From a virus: a stretch of 64,000 bases of DNA. This document shows, in pieces, positions 46,680 through 56,235 of the stretch. A program made the translations under genes and the position numbers. Location: IMG/VR virus record IMGVR_UViG_3300027509_000014. One strand, given 5' to 3'. Each line of letters opens with the position of its first letter. Position 1 is the first letter of the stretch. The notes under the pieces are model-generated. The model worked only from the letters and a program-made list of their open reading frames with translations. It was not told the origin of the DNA and searched no databases.

Positions 46680-46752
46680 TAGCCCTACTCGGATTCGAAC
46701 CGAGACTGTAAGATGTTTAAGATCTTTTTCTCTGCCTTTGGAATACAGGGCC
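46680..46752 (-). tRNA. tRNA-Leu(TAA), short variable loop
   Basis: Stem AAGAT/ATCTT; loop CTTAAAC; A73. Confidence 0.85.
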
Positions 46753-46770
46753 GTGATTATTGATTTTAAG

Positions 46771-46845
46771 TGCCGATGATGGGAGTCAGGCCCATAAATT
46801 TTGTCGTTTTAGGGACAACACCTTTGCCTGTTTGATCACATCGAC
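46771..46845 (-). pseudogene. degenerate tRNA (8-nt anticodon loop CCTAAAAC, T-loop CCTGACT)
   Basis: Acceptor GTCGATG/CATCGGC and stems intact; loops non-canonical. Confidence 0.65.
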
Positions 46846-46846
46846 C

Positions 46847-46933
46847 TGGTACTTACGATGGGAGTCGAACCCATACGAGGTTTCCCTCACAGCCCCCTCA
46901 AGGCTGCGCGCCTACCAATTACGCCACGTAAGT
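46847..46933 (-). tRNA. tRNA-Leu(GAG), long variable arm, CCA encoded
   Basis: Loop TTGAGGG; canonical class II cloverleaf. Confidence 0.92.
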
Positions 46934-46937
46934 ATAG

Positions 46938-47019
46938 TACTCTCGATGGGAGTCGAACCCATACACCTCAAGGATACTGGTTCCTAAGACCAGCGCGTCT
47001 ACCATTCCGCCACGAGAGC
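46938..47019 (-). tRNA. tRNA-Leu(TAG), long variable arm
   Basis: Loop CTTAGGA; canonical class II cloverleaf. Confidence 0.92.
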
Positions 47020-47142
47020 AAAATTTGTTGAATGGTCTCTAACTAGAGAGCCTGGGTCTTAAACGCTCAGGAGCGCGAATAAACCGGCTGAGATACAACA
47101 CAATAAGTTGCTTAACTTTGAAAGGTTCGTTCGCATAGGTTC

Positions 47143-47171
47143 CAGTATAGCAGGTCGAAATACGCCGGTCA
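47143..47171 (-). promoter_or_regulatory. sigma70-type promoter for the tRNA cluster
   Basis: TTGACC-N17-TATACT on the minus strand. Confidence 0.75.
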
Positions 47172-47173
47172 AG

Positions 47174-47677
47174 CTATTCATCAATATTTTTTCCAAAGTC
47201 TGTTATTCCCATGGCTAACGCCAAAGCCCGCTGCTCGTGTGGCAGTAGATACAGTTCGTCAAAGTCTCTCCTGGATAAATCTGTGTTGTGCCTTCGATAC
47301 TTCGCAAGCAAGTTGAACATAGTAGCACAATGCACTCTATCTTCAAGAGTTAGAGCTTCCCATCTCTCAAGCTCTTTGGAATTCATTTTGCTAGTCGAGT
47401 GTGCGCTGGCCCCGTTCGGATATTTATTAACAAATACAGCTTTAAGAAAGTCATCTAAAATATTATTTGCCGAATTCATTAACGTAGACAGTCTTTCAAA
47501 ACCTATCTTGAAAATCAAAATTCCTAAGCCTATGAGCAGTATTGTAAATTCATAAGCCGCCAGTGTTAAATAAGCGACACCAAAAAAGAATCCCAGCACC
47601 CACCCTGTTGATTGGACGCACATTGTAACAAAAACAATGGCGGGCAATATATTTTTAATATCTTTTAGGTGTTTCAT
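47174..47677 (-). CDS. membrane protein
   Basis: N-terminal hydrophobic helices. Confidence 0.7.
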   Translation of the reverse strand: MKHLKDIKNILPAIVFVTMCVQSTGWVLGFFFGVAYLTLAAYEFTILLIGLGILIFKIGFERLSTLMNSANNILDDFLKAVFVNKYPNGASAHSTSKMNSKELERWEALTLEDRVHCATMFNLLAKYRRHNTDLSRRDFDELYLLPHEQRALALAMGITDFGKNIDE

Positions 47678-47695
47678 TGTTCAACTATATTATTT

Positions 47696-48115
47696 TCAAA
47701 CGGAGATGGCAACCTTTTCGGCCAACTTTTCTCTTCTGTGTTTAGTTCTCATCCTGTGGCAGTTAGCGCATACCAGTTCGCACTTATCTATTTCTTTAAG
47801 AATGGTTTTCCAGCCATTTCTATTATCGACCATTGCAGAAATAGAGCTTACCTTTGCCCCTCTGGATTCTATATGATCGAATTCCATAACTTCAGTATCA
47901 TACGACATACCGCAATCTTCGCAAGGAGTCTTTCTCTTTATATCTGAAACCCTATCTCTATATTCAGCTTTCCTTTCCTTGCTTCTCTTCGAATGGCAGG
48001 CTTTGCACATATTGCGAATACCGTTCTTGCTATTTTTCTTTTTGCCAAATTCAGACACCAACTTTTCGATACCGCAAAACCGGCAAAATTTATTATTTGA
48101 TTCTTCAGAAGGCAA
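47696..48115 (-). CDS. HNH endonuclease
   Basis: CRFC...CKAC; CEDC...EFDH...LVCANCHR. Confidence 0.85.
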   Translation of the reverse strand: MPSEESNNKFCRFCGIEKLVSEFGKKKNSKNGIRNMCKACHSKRSKERKAEYRDRVSDIKRKTPCEDCGMSYDTEVMEFDHIESRGAKVSSISAMVDNRNGWKTILKEIDKCELVCANCHRMRTKHRREKLAEKVAISV

Positions 48116-48300
48116 AGCGGCTCACAGTCGAATTATCCACTATATGGATAATATTATTCAAATAGTGGATACGTGCGAGTCCGGGGTTCATATTGTCGCA
48201 GATTATACACTGTGTGTGTCGATAAGTCAATACCAATATAAAAATTAAATCACCCGCCAAGTTTGCACTTGACGGGTGTATGCCTAGGGGCATATTTAAG

Positions 48301-48373
48301 AGGCGCAGTTTGGATTCGAACCAAAAATTCAGGCTTATGAGGCCAGCGTCGTACCAGATTGGACCACCGCGCT
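48301..48373 (-). tRNA. tRNA with CAT anticodon (elongator Met or Ile2)
   Basis: Loop CTCATAA; no GGG/CCC initiator stem; A1:C72 mismatch. Confidence 0.8.
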
Positions 48374-48417
48374 AGATTATAGTTTATCACAGAACATCTG
48401 AATCGTCAAGCTTATTT

Positions 48418-48657
48418 TTAAAAAAAACTATTAGATATTTCTTCTATGAGTTCGGCGAAAGTCTTGTCTTTGTCGTAGTTGTCAATATTAGCAAGGATCA
48501 AGAAGTTTCTCACGAATTCAAGTACGGCAATCAGAAGTAGCATTGCGGCCCAAAATAAATAGCCTTCGTGGGCGGCTACTGCTGATGCGAAAACCAAAAC
48601 CACGATTAATATTGGCGGCAGCCATTCTTGAATTTTTTTAAGAATAGTTCTTTTCAT
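48418..48657 (-). CDS. small membrane protein
   Basis: Two hydrophobic helices. Confidence 0.65.
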   Translation of the reverse strand: MKRTILKKIQEWLPPILIVVLVFASAVAAHEGYLFWAAMLLLIAVLEFVRNFLILANIDNYDKDKTFAELIEEISNSFF

Positions 48658-48698
48658 ATCATCTATCTTAACTCAAGTACTGGAGCTTGTCAATCTAT

Positions 48699-49010
48699 TT
48701 AGAGATATCCACCATGAGAGTTAAATGCATCAGCGTTAAATAGCGCTTGTGGCTCCCCAGAGCCGCCCTGCTGGGCCTCTGCATCGCCTGCTTGTGTGGC
48801 TTTGTAGGCCGCAACCATGGGGCCTTCGCCGGTAGTTATTCGCTTTCTGAATTCTTCTTGAGCTTCATAAGTCTGTCGGGCCTCCACAACAAATTCAAAT
48901 AAGTTACTACCTCGGTCTATCTTTAGGCGGTCCTTAGCCCAAGAATTTATTTTATGAGCGGTGGCAAGAGAGCCAATGAATAAACCAGCGACTAACGAAA
49001 CAGGATTCAT
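48699..49010 (-). CDS. hypothetical protein
   Basis: ORF in operon context. Confidence 0.65.
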   Translation of the reverse strand: MNPVSLVAGLFIGSLATAHKINSWAKDRLKIDRGSNLFEFVVEARQTYEAQEEFRKRITTGEGPMVAAYKATQAGDAEAQQGGSGEPQALFNADAFNSHGGYL

Positions 49011-49321
49011 TAGAACATCACCACCGAATCATTATCGCTTATAGCTTCGTCTATAGTCATACAATCCATATTCATAACATCGTCATCAGAAAGAACGTAA
49101 AGATCAGCTTCTTCACCTAGTATGTCTTCAGCGGTGAGTTCGGTGTCAAAGTCGTCGGATTCTAGGTCATCGCTATCGCCCACTTCTACAGGATCAGACC
49201 CGTTAAGTATAAAGTTTCGCATAACCTCCCAGTGCCTCTCTCCGTACACTTCTAACATACTAGCCCTGAATTCTGTTGGCGTCTCCCCACCTCTTCGACT
49301 TGGCTCATTTTTTTCTGTCAT
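49010..49321 (-). CDS. acidic hypothetical protein
   Basis: ORF in operon context. Confidence 0.65.
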   Translation of the reverse strand: MTEKNEPSRRGGETPTEFRASMLEVYGERHWEVMRNFILNGSDPVEVGDSDDLESDDFDTELTAEDILGEEADLYVLSDDDVMNMDCMTIDEAISDNDSVVMF

Positions 49322-49327
49322 TATAAA

Positions 49328-51091
49328 TTACCTTCTTGCCTGCTTTAGTGCCTGCATTCGACTAACTCGATTCTTACTGCCTTGACGAGCTTGGGCTAAG
49401 GTGGCCCGCTTTCCGTGTCTTGTTTGGCGACCAGCTATTGGCCCCAAGCTGGCAGCGTTGATTTCCCCGCCCAGGCGTTTGCCTGAATATGTTTTGCCAG
49501 CTCTGCCAATTCCGTCCACGAAGAGATGATTGAAAGCACCGGAAGCACCGTCAATCTGGTCATCGTTCTTGCCGGTAGTGCCACCAATTGTGCAGCTGCT
49601 CATTTCGCTTATAAACGCTTCAGTCCATTCCGGAGCGGTAAAGCCAACCACTTCTTTTTCCATAACAATGTAAACATTGCCTTTGGCCTGATAGGCGGAA
49701 AGCGCCCTAGCTTCGTTTACCTTTGAGCCAGTTTTCTTTATAGTTTTAACATTGAAGTCTTTAAGCACGACATTTTTATAGTTGGCTACCGCTGATTTGC
49801 CTAGCCCGCCAACATCTTCAAGCACGATGTCTACCTTGTTGCCAAATCTTTCTCGATCGGCGGCGCACGTTGATATAAGCGTTGATTCGATTTGCATCTG
49901 GGCATCTGCTTCGGTGAACTTTTCTCGCACTAAATCAACAATGTAACAAAAATTATCTTTGTCCTTAGCCATAAGCAAACCGACTAGGTAATCAGATTCC
50001 TTGCCTCCGCCGCTTAGGTCCCAATACCTAACAAGCTTGACGCCGCTTGGCACAGGCCTAATTTCGTGAAGCCACTTCAGTCCAGATACCTGAATGTATT
50101 TGCCGTACTTGTTGGTGTCTTCTGTGGGTATATACTTAGGATAATATTTCCACTTATTGGGATCAAACATCGAGTCTTTGAGGGACACAGGTTCTTGTTG
50201 GAACTGGCAAGCCCAAATCATATCGCCAACGTCAGCACGCAGTGCCTTGAGGCCATTAACATCATAGCGCTCTGGCCAGATCGGTATACCTGCGTGCTTA
50301 CGTCCCGTAAATTCGCATGCTCCAGTAGAAAGAGCGGGAACTTTTATTTCAACGAAAGTAGTCTTGTCGGTATTTTCTTTAGCCGAGTCAATTAGCCAAC
50401 CAGCCAAATCATCAGTTGCCCAACGAGCCAGAACCAAAATAATCGAACCGCCCGGTTCAAGACGGTGGCGCATTGACTGAGTCCACCATTCTCTGATTTT
50501 ATCATTGTAGTTTTTAGAAAAGGCCTGCTCTGAGTCTTTGTACATATCGTCACAAATGATTATTTTACCACCGTGGCCAATAATGGAGGAACCTACTCCA
50601 GAGGCCCTAACCAATCCATCTGGAAAACCTTCCACGCCCCACAATGCTTTAGCGTTTCTGGTCCGATCTATTTTGTGGTCAAACAAATCTTGGTTTTCTA
50701 CATATATATCCCTAGCCTTGGACGTAAAAGAAGTTGAGGTGTCCTTGTTGTATGAAGCAATCATCATTTTTTCATGGGGAAATTGCGACATATACCAAGC
50801 TGGAAAATAATTAGAAGAGAGGAACGACTTTCCCATTCTTACTGGAAGAGACATTATAACAAACAACGGCTCTTTAGTTGACTGAACTAATGTTTGATTT
50901 AATATTTCAAGGTGAGGCGCTCTTGATAAAGTGCCGCCCGAAGATACTTCCATAAAATCCAATGGTGATCTTGAAGCCTTGAGTTTGGCTATACCGGCTA
51001 GAAGAATTTTTCTTTCTTCAGAAGGTATGTGAGCAAAAGCTTTGTGCAAATCAGCTATTGGGACATCTATAAATTCAGTTAAGTCAGACAT
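49328..51091 (-). CDS. terL: terminase large subunit
   Basis: PVRMGKS Walker A; IICDD Walker B; YWDLSGG and NDDQIDG nuclease acidic residues. Confidence 0.92.
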   Translation of the reverse strand: MSDLTEFIDVPIADLHKAFAHIPSEERKILLAGIAKLKASRSPLDFMEVSSGGTLSRAPHLEILNQTLVQSTKEPLFVIMSLPVRMGKSFLSSNYFPAWYMSQFPHEKMMIASYNKDTSTSFTSKARDIYVENQDLFDHKIDRTRNAKALWGVEGFPDGLVRASGVGSSIIGHGGKIIICDDMYKDSEQAFSKNYNDKIREWWTQSMRHRLEPGGSIILVLARWATDDLAGWLIDSAKENTDKTTFVEIKVPALSTGACEFTGRKHAGIPIWPERYDVNGLKALRADVGDMIWACQFQQEPVSLKDSMFDPNKWKYYPKYIPTEDTNKYGKYIQVSGLKWLHEIRPVPSGVKLVRYWDLSGGGKESDYLVGLLMAKDKDNFCYIVDLVREKFTEADAQMQIESTLISTCAADRERFGNKVDIVLEDVGGLGKSAVANYKNVVLKDFNVKTIKKTGSKVNEARALSAYQAKGNVYIVMEKEVVGFTAPEWTEAFISEMSSCTIGGTTGKNDDQIDGASGAFNHLFVDGIGRAGKTYSGKRLGGEINAASLGPIAGRQTRHGKRATLAQARQGSKNRVSRMQALKQARR

Positions 51092-51094
51092 TTA

Positions 51095-51934
51095 CTATTC
51101 TGATTCTATATCTGGATCTATGGAAAGACCATTCTCGTTCAAGAAATCATAGTCAATAAGGACCGGATCAGATCCTTCTTCTTGAATATTATTATCTTCT
51201 CTATTCCTTTGCAAAAGTTCAAGCAAAGCTGGGTTGTACTCAACTTCTAAGTCTGGTGGCGGCGGAGCGTCCTCTTTGATAATTTCTGCGTCTATGATAT
51301 TTCCAGAACTTCCATATCGCTCCAGAATCTCATTAGCCGCCTCACCAAGATCTACCTTTACAGTAGATACTGTTTCGGTCTTCTTGGTTTGGACTTCATC
51401 AACTCCATTGAGCTTGCGCTTTTCAGCCAGGGCGCTAAGAAGTATTTTAGCTGCTCGCTCATCTAGCTGTTGTGTGGCCGGATCGTACCAAGACTCGATA
51501 ATCTTATCATACTGGGCATTGGACATCGCTCGCAGAGATTCAGCGTCTTCTTGAGGATAAATTTCCCTTAAAGCCGTTTCCACTAAGCGCCTAGCGTGAT
51601 TAGGATGAATGCCAAAATTTTGAGCTATTGTGTTATAGCTCATGCCCGACATTCTGGCTCGAACCAGTCTTCCAGACAGAATCCGATTTTTGGCCGCAAA
51701 CGGGCCTGTGGCAGGGCTTGTGCGGAAATCAAACGGGGCGAAGTCCCCAGATAGCCTAGGATCGCTTGTGCCGGTCCTGAGGGCCTTGTGGGCCTTTAGC
51801 TCGGGCGGAACTACATAGCCGCTGTCTTTGATGTCTTTGTCGTGAGGATAGTTTTTTCGTGGAAGCTGGTTTTTTCTCTTCTTAAGAGCATAAACCGTTT
51901 CATTTTCTGCGGTTTCAACAACAACTTTAGTCAT
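51095..51934 (-). CDS. terminase small subunit-like HTH protein
   Basis: GMSYNTIAQNFGI HTH; directly upstream of terL; leaderless TATAAT-N6-ATG. Confidence 0.7.
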   Translation of the reverse strand: MTKVVVETAENETVYALKKRKNQLPRKNYPHDKDIKDSGYVVPPELKAHKALRTGTSDPRLSGDFAPFDFRTSPATGPFAAKNRILSGRLVRARMSGMSYNTIAQNFGIHPNHARRLVETALREIYPQEDAESLRAMSNAQYDKIIESWYDPATQQLDERAAKILLSALAEKRKLNGVDEVQTKKTETVSTVKVDLGEAANEILERYGSSGNIIDAEIIKEDAPPPPDLEVEYNPALLELLQRNREDNNIQEEGSDPVLIDYDFLNENGLSIDPDIESE

Positions 51935-52132
51935 ACAAACATTATATCACATATGTTTACTGGTAGCCAAAAAGTGAACGGTTTAAGTGTCTAAGTACAG
52001 CAAAAGTAAGGCAAAACACGCAAAAAAGACTAAATGACGGGAAATGTGTCCCGCCATCTAGTCTCAGGGTTGGCCTTGGCCTCCGTTTTTTAGATATTAA
52101 AAACTAACTACATATGTTAGAATTTTACAAGA

Positions 52133-52987
52133 TTAGATCTTGGCATGCTTTGAAACCCAGGCGCCATCTGGATCATCATCAGTTTGGACAAGTTTAAAAT
52201 CTTGAAACAGCTCAGGCTCTTCGGTTTTCATAATACTACCAACTTCACGAAAAACATTGCGAATTTCAATCTCGGCATGAGGCGATGTTCGCATCTCAAT
52301 GATGTGGCGCAAGGAACGAATATTGGCCGTCCACATCATTGAAGTGGAAATGCCAATTGGGGCAAATCTACGCATTGCAGAAGTTATTAGCTTCTTGTCG
52401 GCGAAATCCATATCTTCATCAAACAAACGCTCGCCACAGATAATCTGAAAATCTTCCATTAGCTTTAGCAAAACACTAGCCTCTTCTGATACCGGCTCAA
52501 GAAGCGCCGGAAGCCAAACCCTTAGCTCTTCAAGACGAACATAACGCATCGACTCCTGGCTTATGGCTTCGTGGCGATGTCGAACAAGCTCGTGGGTAAA
52601 GACTCTTGAAACATCAGCAAAAATAAACCCGTAGTTTACGTGCTCGGTAACCGAGCCGTGACCCGAGGCAATGATGTTACCCAAGTACTGTCCTGGATCA
52701 TCTCGCACCTTGGACACATTTGGGTTAAGCCCAGGCTCAAAAGACTTGTAACATAGCTTGCCTCCGATCATCACAAGCTCAGCGCCATCAGAAAGCAGCT
52801 CATCGGCCTGGCGTTCGCCCAAAACCTCTTTGTACTCGTGCGCCCCAATATGGTCAAGGTAAGCGCCCACGCCTTCTTGATCCATCTCGGTTCTGCTAAC
52901 CAAAAATACTGGCTGGCCGTCAGTGAATCGACTCCGGTCAGTTGCCAAGTCATCATTTTCTTGAGTTAGCTGTTCTAGCAATTTCAT
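52133..52987 (-). CDS. thyX: FAD-dependent thymidylate synthase
   Basis: GHGSVTEH; RHRHEAISQESMRY; NIRSLRH..EMR. Confidence 0.93.
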   Translation of the reverse strand: MKLLEQLTQENDDLATDRSRFTDGQPVFLVSRTEMDQEGVGAYLDHIGAHEYKEVLGERQADELLSDGAELVMIGGKLCYKSFEPGLNPNVSKVRDDPGQYLGNIIASGHGSVTEHVNYGFIFADVSRVFTHELVRHRHEAISQESMRYVRLEELRVWLPALLEPVSEEASVLLKLMEDFQIICGERLFDEDMDFADKKLITSAMRRFAPIGISTSMMWTANIRSLRHIIEMRTSPHAEIEIRNVFREVGSIMKTEEPELFQDFKLVQTDDDPDGAWVSKHAKI

Positions 52988-53014
52988 TATTTATTATCCT
53001 TATGTTTGTAAAAT

Positions 53015-53716
53015 TTAATTTATATGAGATTTGTCGCCGTTGGGGCCATACTCTTGAACTAATTTAAAGAGGGTCATTAGGCTGGATATCCGGTATCCAA
53101 TGGAAGCCTTTAGTACGCCTTCATCATTCCACTTTACTGTGATTAGTTCTTGCCCTTTGCCCAGCATTAGTTTGTCTGGATCTTTAGAATCGCCTTGAAT
53201 GTCCCACAAACCCAGCACAGATCTCTCTATAACCTGTTCGTACTGATCTTCGATCTCGTCTTCTGAAATAGCTTCTGCAGCTTGTTCTAAATCAGGTCTT
53301 TGAAAATCAAAGCTTTGGTCTATTGCCATAAATAAAGATTCCAAAGAAGCACACTGTCGCATAAAGAAACATTCTTCCACGCCAGAGCCTCCCGGCTCAA
53401 GATTTGCGCTAAACGCTAGTCTATCTTTGCGAACCAACAAAGATAGAGACTCTTTGTCGAAACTGTAAACCCACTCATTATTTTCGCAAATTTCAGAAAG
53501 GTTATCTAGCGCCATTTCTTGAGGCGTGCGATGATCTTCAATTATTTCCTGGCCTTCTCGCTTTAACATCCAGCGCTTTGTTTTTGCGGCTAGCGCTGAC
53601 TTCTTGGCCCTTTGCTGCGGCGTAAGTCGCTCCGCGTACGCATTTTGAGGAATGTAGGTTTCATCTTTATGTTCGGTCGGGGTTAGCTCAACTCCAAGGG
53701 TATCACTATTGCTCAT
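53015..53716 (-). CDS. hypothetical protein
   Basis: Long ORF in operon context. Confidence 0.7.
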   Translation of the reverse strand: MSNSDTLGVELTPTEHKDETYIPQNAYAERLTPQQRAKKSALAAKTKRWMLKREGQEIIEDHRTPQEMALDNLSEICENNEWVYSFDKESLSLLVRKDRLAFSANLEPGGSGVEECFFMRQCASLESLFMAIDQSFDFQRPDLEQAAEAISEDEIEDQYEQVIERSVLGLWDIQGDSKDPDKLMLGKGQELITVKWNDEGVLKASIGYRISSLMTLFKLVQEYGPNGDKSHIN

Positions 53717-54317
53717 TTTGCAGCGCTTCCAATCTTTCTAGTTCATATTCGGCTATGGTTTCATGGCCGTTGCCGTTTTTGATAAAGTCTTCGTACTGTC
53801 TAGCTCTTTCGCCAGATACAGTAGTGCCACCGCTTGTTTTTGGCGGTATTGGCGGCTGGTAGTTTGCGTCAGGAGCTGGGCCTGTCAATTCAGAATCATC
53901 TAGTAAAAAACCAAACGGCTCATAACGATTGTCCATCCAGCGATTAAAGGCTTCAGGCAAACACTGGCTGCATGGGAAGGCTAGGTTTTTGCTGACCTTA
54001 TTCCAGGTAGTTCCGCCGCATTCATTGCACGCAGTTGCCGATCTTTGTTCAGCCTCTTTTATGGCCCTGTTGTTATAAATTGAGTTAACAGCTGCACTTA
54101 TTTCTTTGAGTGTCGGCACCCAACTGCTAGCCGGAGCCTGCTGGATAAATTTTTCCACAGCCTCAGTAAGAACCTTAGCATCTGATTTATCTAAGAAGTC
54201 TTTCCAGACGGCCCACTCTTCGACCGTGTAGCTGCCCTTAAAATATGCAACCAACTCGTCATGAATACGAGTCCTAATTGCTTCTTTGCTCAAATTTGAA
54301 ATACCAGTTAAGCTCAA
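53706..54317 (-). CDS. replication-associated protein (helicase-loader-inhibitor-like N-terminus, CxxC..CxxC)
   Basis: AVEKFI....WVPTLKEI; CNECGG...CSQC. Confidence 0.5.
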   Translation of the reverse strand: MSLTGISNLSKEAIRTRIHDELVAYFKGSYTVEEWAVWKDFLDKSDAKVLTEAVEKFIQQAPASSWVPTLKEISAAVNSIYNNRAIKEAEQRSATACNECGGTTWNKVSKNLAFPCSQCLPEAFNRWMDNRYEPFGFLLDDSELTGPAPDANYQPPIPPKTSGGTTVSGERARQYEDFIKNGNGHETIAEYELERLEALQNEQ

Positions 54318-55036
54318 AGTTTACTCCTGTCTATTTTTGGTCTTGATGAGTTGGCCATTTTTCTTGCTTCTCGACCTTGTTTCACTCTCTCTGCTGTTGT
54401 CTTAGAGCTAAGGATTTTTTGATAATTTCTATAAAGCCCTGGAGCGTCTTTGATAACCCCTGACCAAAAACTGTCAGCGGCGATGTTTTTTTCTGTCGAA
54501 CCAAATATGTAATCGAATGTGTTTTCCAAAGATGCATCTGACACATCGGGCCGATCCATTATGTCTGAAATGCTTTTCAGCCAAAGGTCTGTTCGGTTTA
54601 TGTTTTTATCATTCCGGCCAGGATCAACTTGTTGGACTTCTCTTTCTAAACGACGTGAGAAATCAGCAACTATCTTTGGATACTTATTACCGCCAGATGG
54701 GCTGTTGCGATTTGTGCGCTTCGCACTCTTTGTCCGACACGCCCACATCACAAAGAGGGTAGAATTATCAAATGGACGAGTGCCACAGATGTCCTGAGCA
54801 AACACATGCAATTCTTGGGGCAAATTGGAAATGTCCCTGACGCCAATTTCAAACAAAACTCCAGAGACGTTGTTAAGATAAGATAACTCAAAATCATTTT
54901 TTGAACTCAGCCCCACAATAAACCACTTACCTCTATTATGGGTCAGTTTATTTATAACAGCTCTTTCGGCTGCGGAAGGCTTCTCCGAAGGCGGAGCACT
55001 TTCAAAAAGTAAATGGTTATTCAAAATCACATACAA
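54314..55036 (-). CDS. hypothetical protein, possible replication initiator C-terminal-like
   Basis: FWSGVIKDAPGLYRNYQKI resembles replisome-organiser tails. Confidence 0.45.
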   Translation of the reverse strand: MYVILNNHLLFESAPPSEKPSAAERAVINKLTHNRGKWFIVGLSSKNDFELSYLNNVSGVLFEIGVRDISNLPQELHVFAQDICGTRPFDNSTLFVMWACRTKSAKRTNRNSPSGGNKYPKIVADFSRRLEREVQQVDPGRNDKNINRTDLWLKSISDIMDRPDVSDASLENTFDYIFGSTEKNIAADSFWSGVIKDAPGLYRNYQKILSSKTTAERVKQGREARKMANSSRPKIDRSKL

Positions 55037-55076
55037 AACATACCACAGATTGACTTAGCGGTCAAGGGCTTTAATT

Positions 55077-55547
55077 TCATTCGAGGTCATGGTATTCGAC
55101 ATGTCGAGCCAGCCAATAAGCGTCGGCTTCGTTGTCATTTTCAACCTCAAGGCCAATGTCTCTACACGCCTCAAGCATATCTTCCTTAGAGGCCCTACCA
55201 GACCCTGTCGCTTCTTTCTTTATGGTGCTTGGCGATACCTCCACCATTTCGCAGCTAGCCGGATTCCAGAGCTTAATGCCTGCCCGTAGCGCACCCACAA
55301 ATTGATGAAGGTGCGCTGAAGACCCCCGACCATACACGATTGGTTTTTCTATAAATATAATTGTGGTATCACTCGGTATGTTTTTGCAAACTAATCTAGC
55401 GACGCTAAGCCCACGATCAATCGCATCGCCGTCTTTGGGCTTAGTCTTAAATGTATAAAGCCCACGCCTTGTTGCCAGGCCGGTGCCGGTCATAGATGGA
55501 TCTAAGCCAACAACTGTATCGAGTACTTTTAGAGGGTCTTTGCTCAC
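55077..55547 (-). CDS. ruvC: RuvC-like Holliday junction resolvase
   Basis: VGLDPS; FIEKP; PSTIKKEATGSGRASKEDM; NEADA. Confidence 0.88.
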   Translation of the reverse strand: MSKDPLKVLDTVVGLDPSMTGTGLATRRGLYTFKTKPKDGDAIDRGLSVARLVCKNIPSDTTIIFIEKPIVYGRGSSAHLHQFVGALRAGIKLWNPASCEMVEVSPSTIKKEATGSGRASKEDMLEACRDIGLEVENDNEADAYWLARHVEYHDLE

Positions 55548-55633
55548 ATAAAATTATAGCAGAAAACGCACTCAGAGCGCAAGGTTGCCCCTGCGCTCTG
55601 AGAATTAACTACCTAAAGTGACTAAGTGTTTGA

Positions 55634-56113
55634 CTACCAGTCAGGTCCGCCCTGAGAGCCGGAGTCCAAAGGATTGCTCTGGTTGCCAGAGTTTCCTCTA
55701 TTGGAGTTTCCGCCGCCAGAGTTGGAGCCACCGTTGATTTCTTCGTAAGAAGAGAATCGCTGAGTGCGAACAACATCTTGGTTTGGATTGCTCACGACGA
55801 TAAGGTGCTTACTGCGCTTATCACCGGTGTCTCTGTCTTCCCAGCGCTCGTGATCGATGCGCCCGGTGACAACTACGCCATCACCTTGGCTAAGATCATG
55901 AGGAATCTTGGTGACAAGAGCCTTCTTCCAAACCTTGACATCAAAGTAGGAAACCTCTTCGTTGTACTCGCCATCAATAATGTTATTACTGTTATCGCGC
56001 TTTGGCCAGCGTCGATTGTTGGCGATCCCAAGAAGAACGTACTCAGAGTTGCCAGCGGTCTTGACCTCTGGGTCACGAGTAAGATTTCCCGATACCATAA
56101 ATTGATTAATCAT
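55634..56113 (-). CDS. ssb: single-stranded DNA-binding protein
   Basis: SGNLTRDPE; YFDVKVW; G-rich acidic tail. Confidence 0.92.
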   Translation of the reverse strand: MINQFMVSGNLTRDPEVKTAGNSEYVLLGIANNRRWPKRDNSNNIIDGEYNEEVSYFDVKVWKKALVTKIPHDLSQGDGVVVTGRIDHERWEDRDTGDKRSKHLIVVSNPNQDVVRTQRFSSYEEINGGSNSGGGNSNRGNSGNQSNPLDSGSQGGPDW

Positions 56114-56235
56114 TTTTTACCTTTTTATTTCTAAGTGTTAGTTGTTTGTTGTTTGTCTAACCGCTACACTGGGTGTAGCTGAAAGAATTTGTAGCGAACC
56201 CCTTGAAAGGGGTCGGACGGCCTTGTGGCCGAGAA

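Noticed and set aside
46771-46845. Amber (CUA) suppressor and stop-codon recoding
   Set aside because: The CUA register needs a 10-nt loop; recognisable genes are full length in the standard code and TAG ends several of them.
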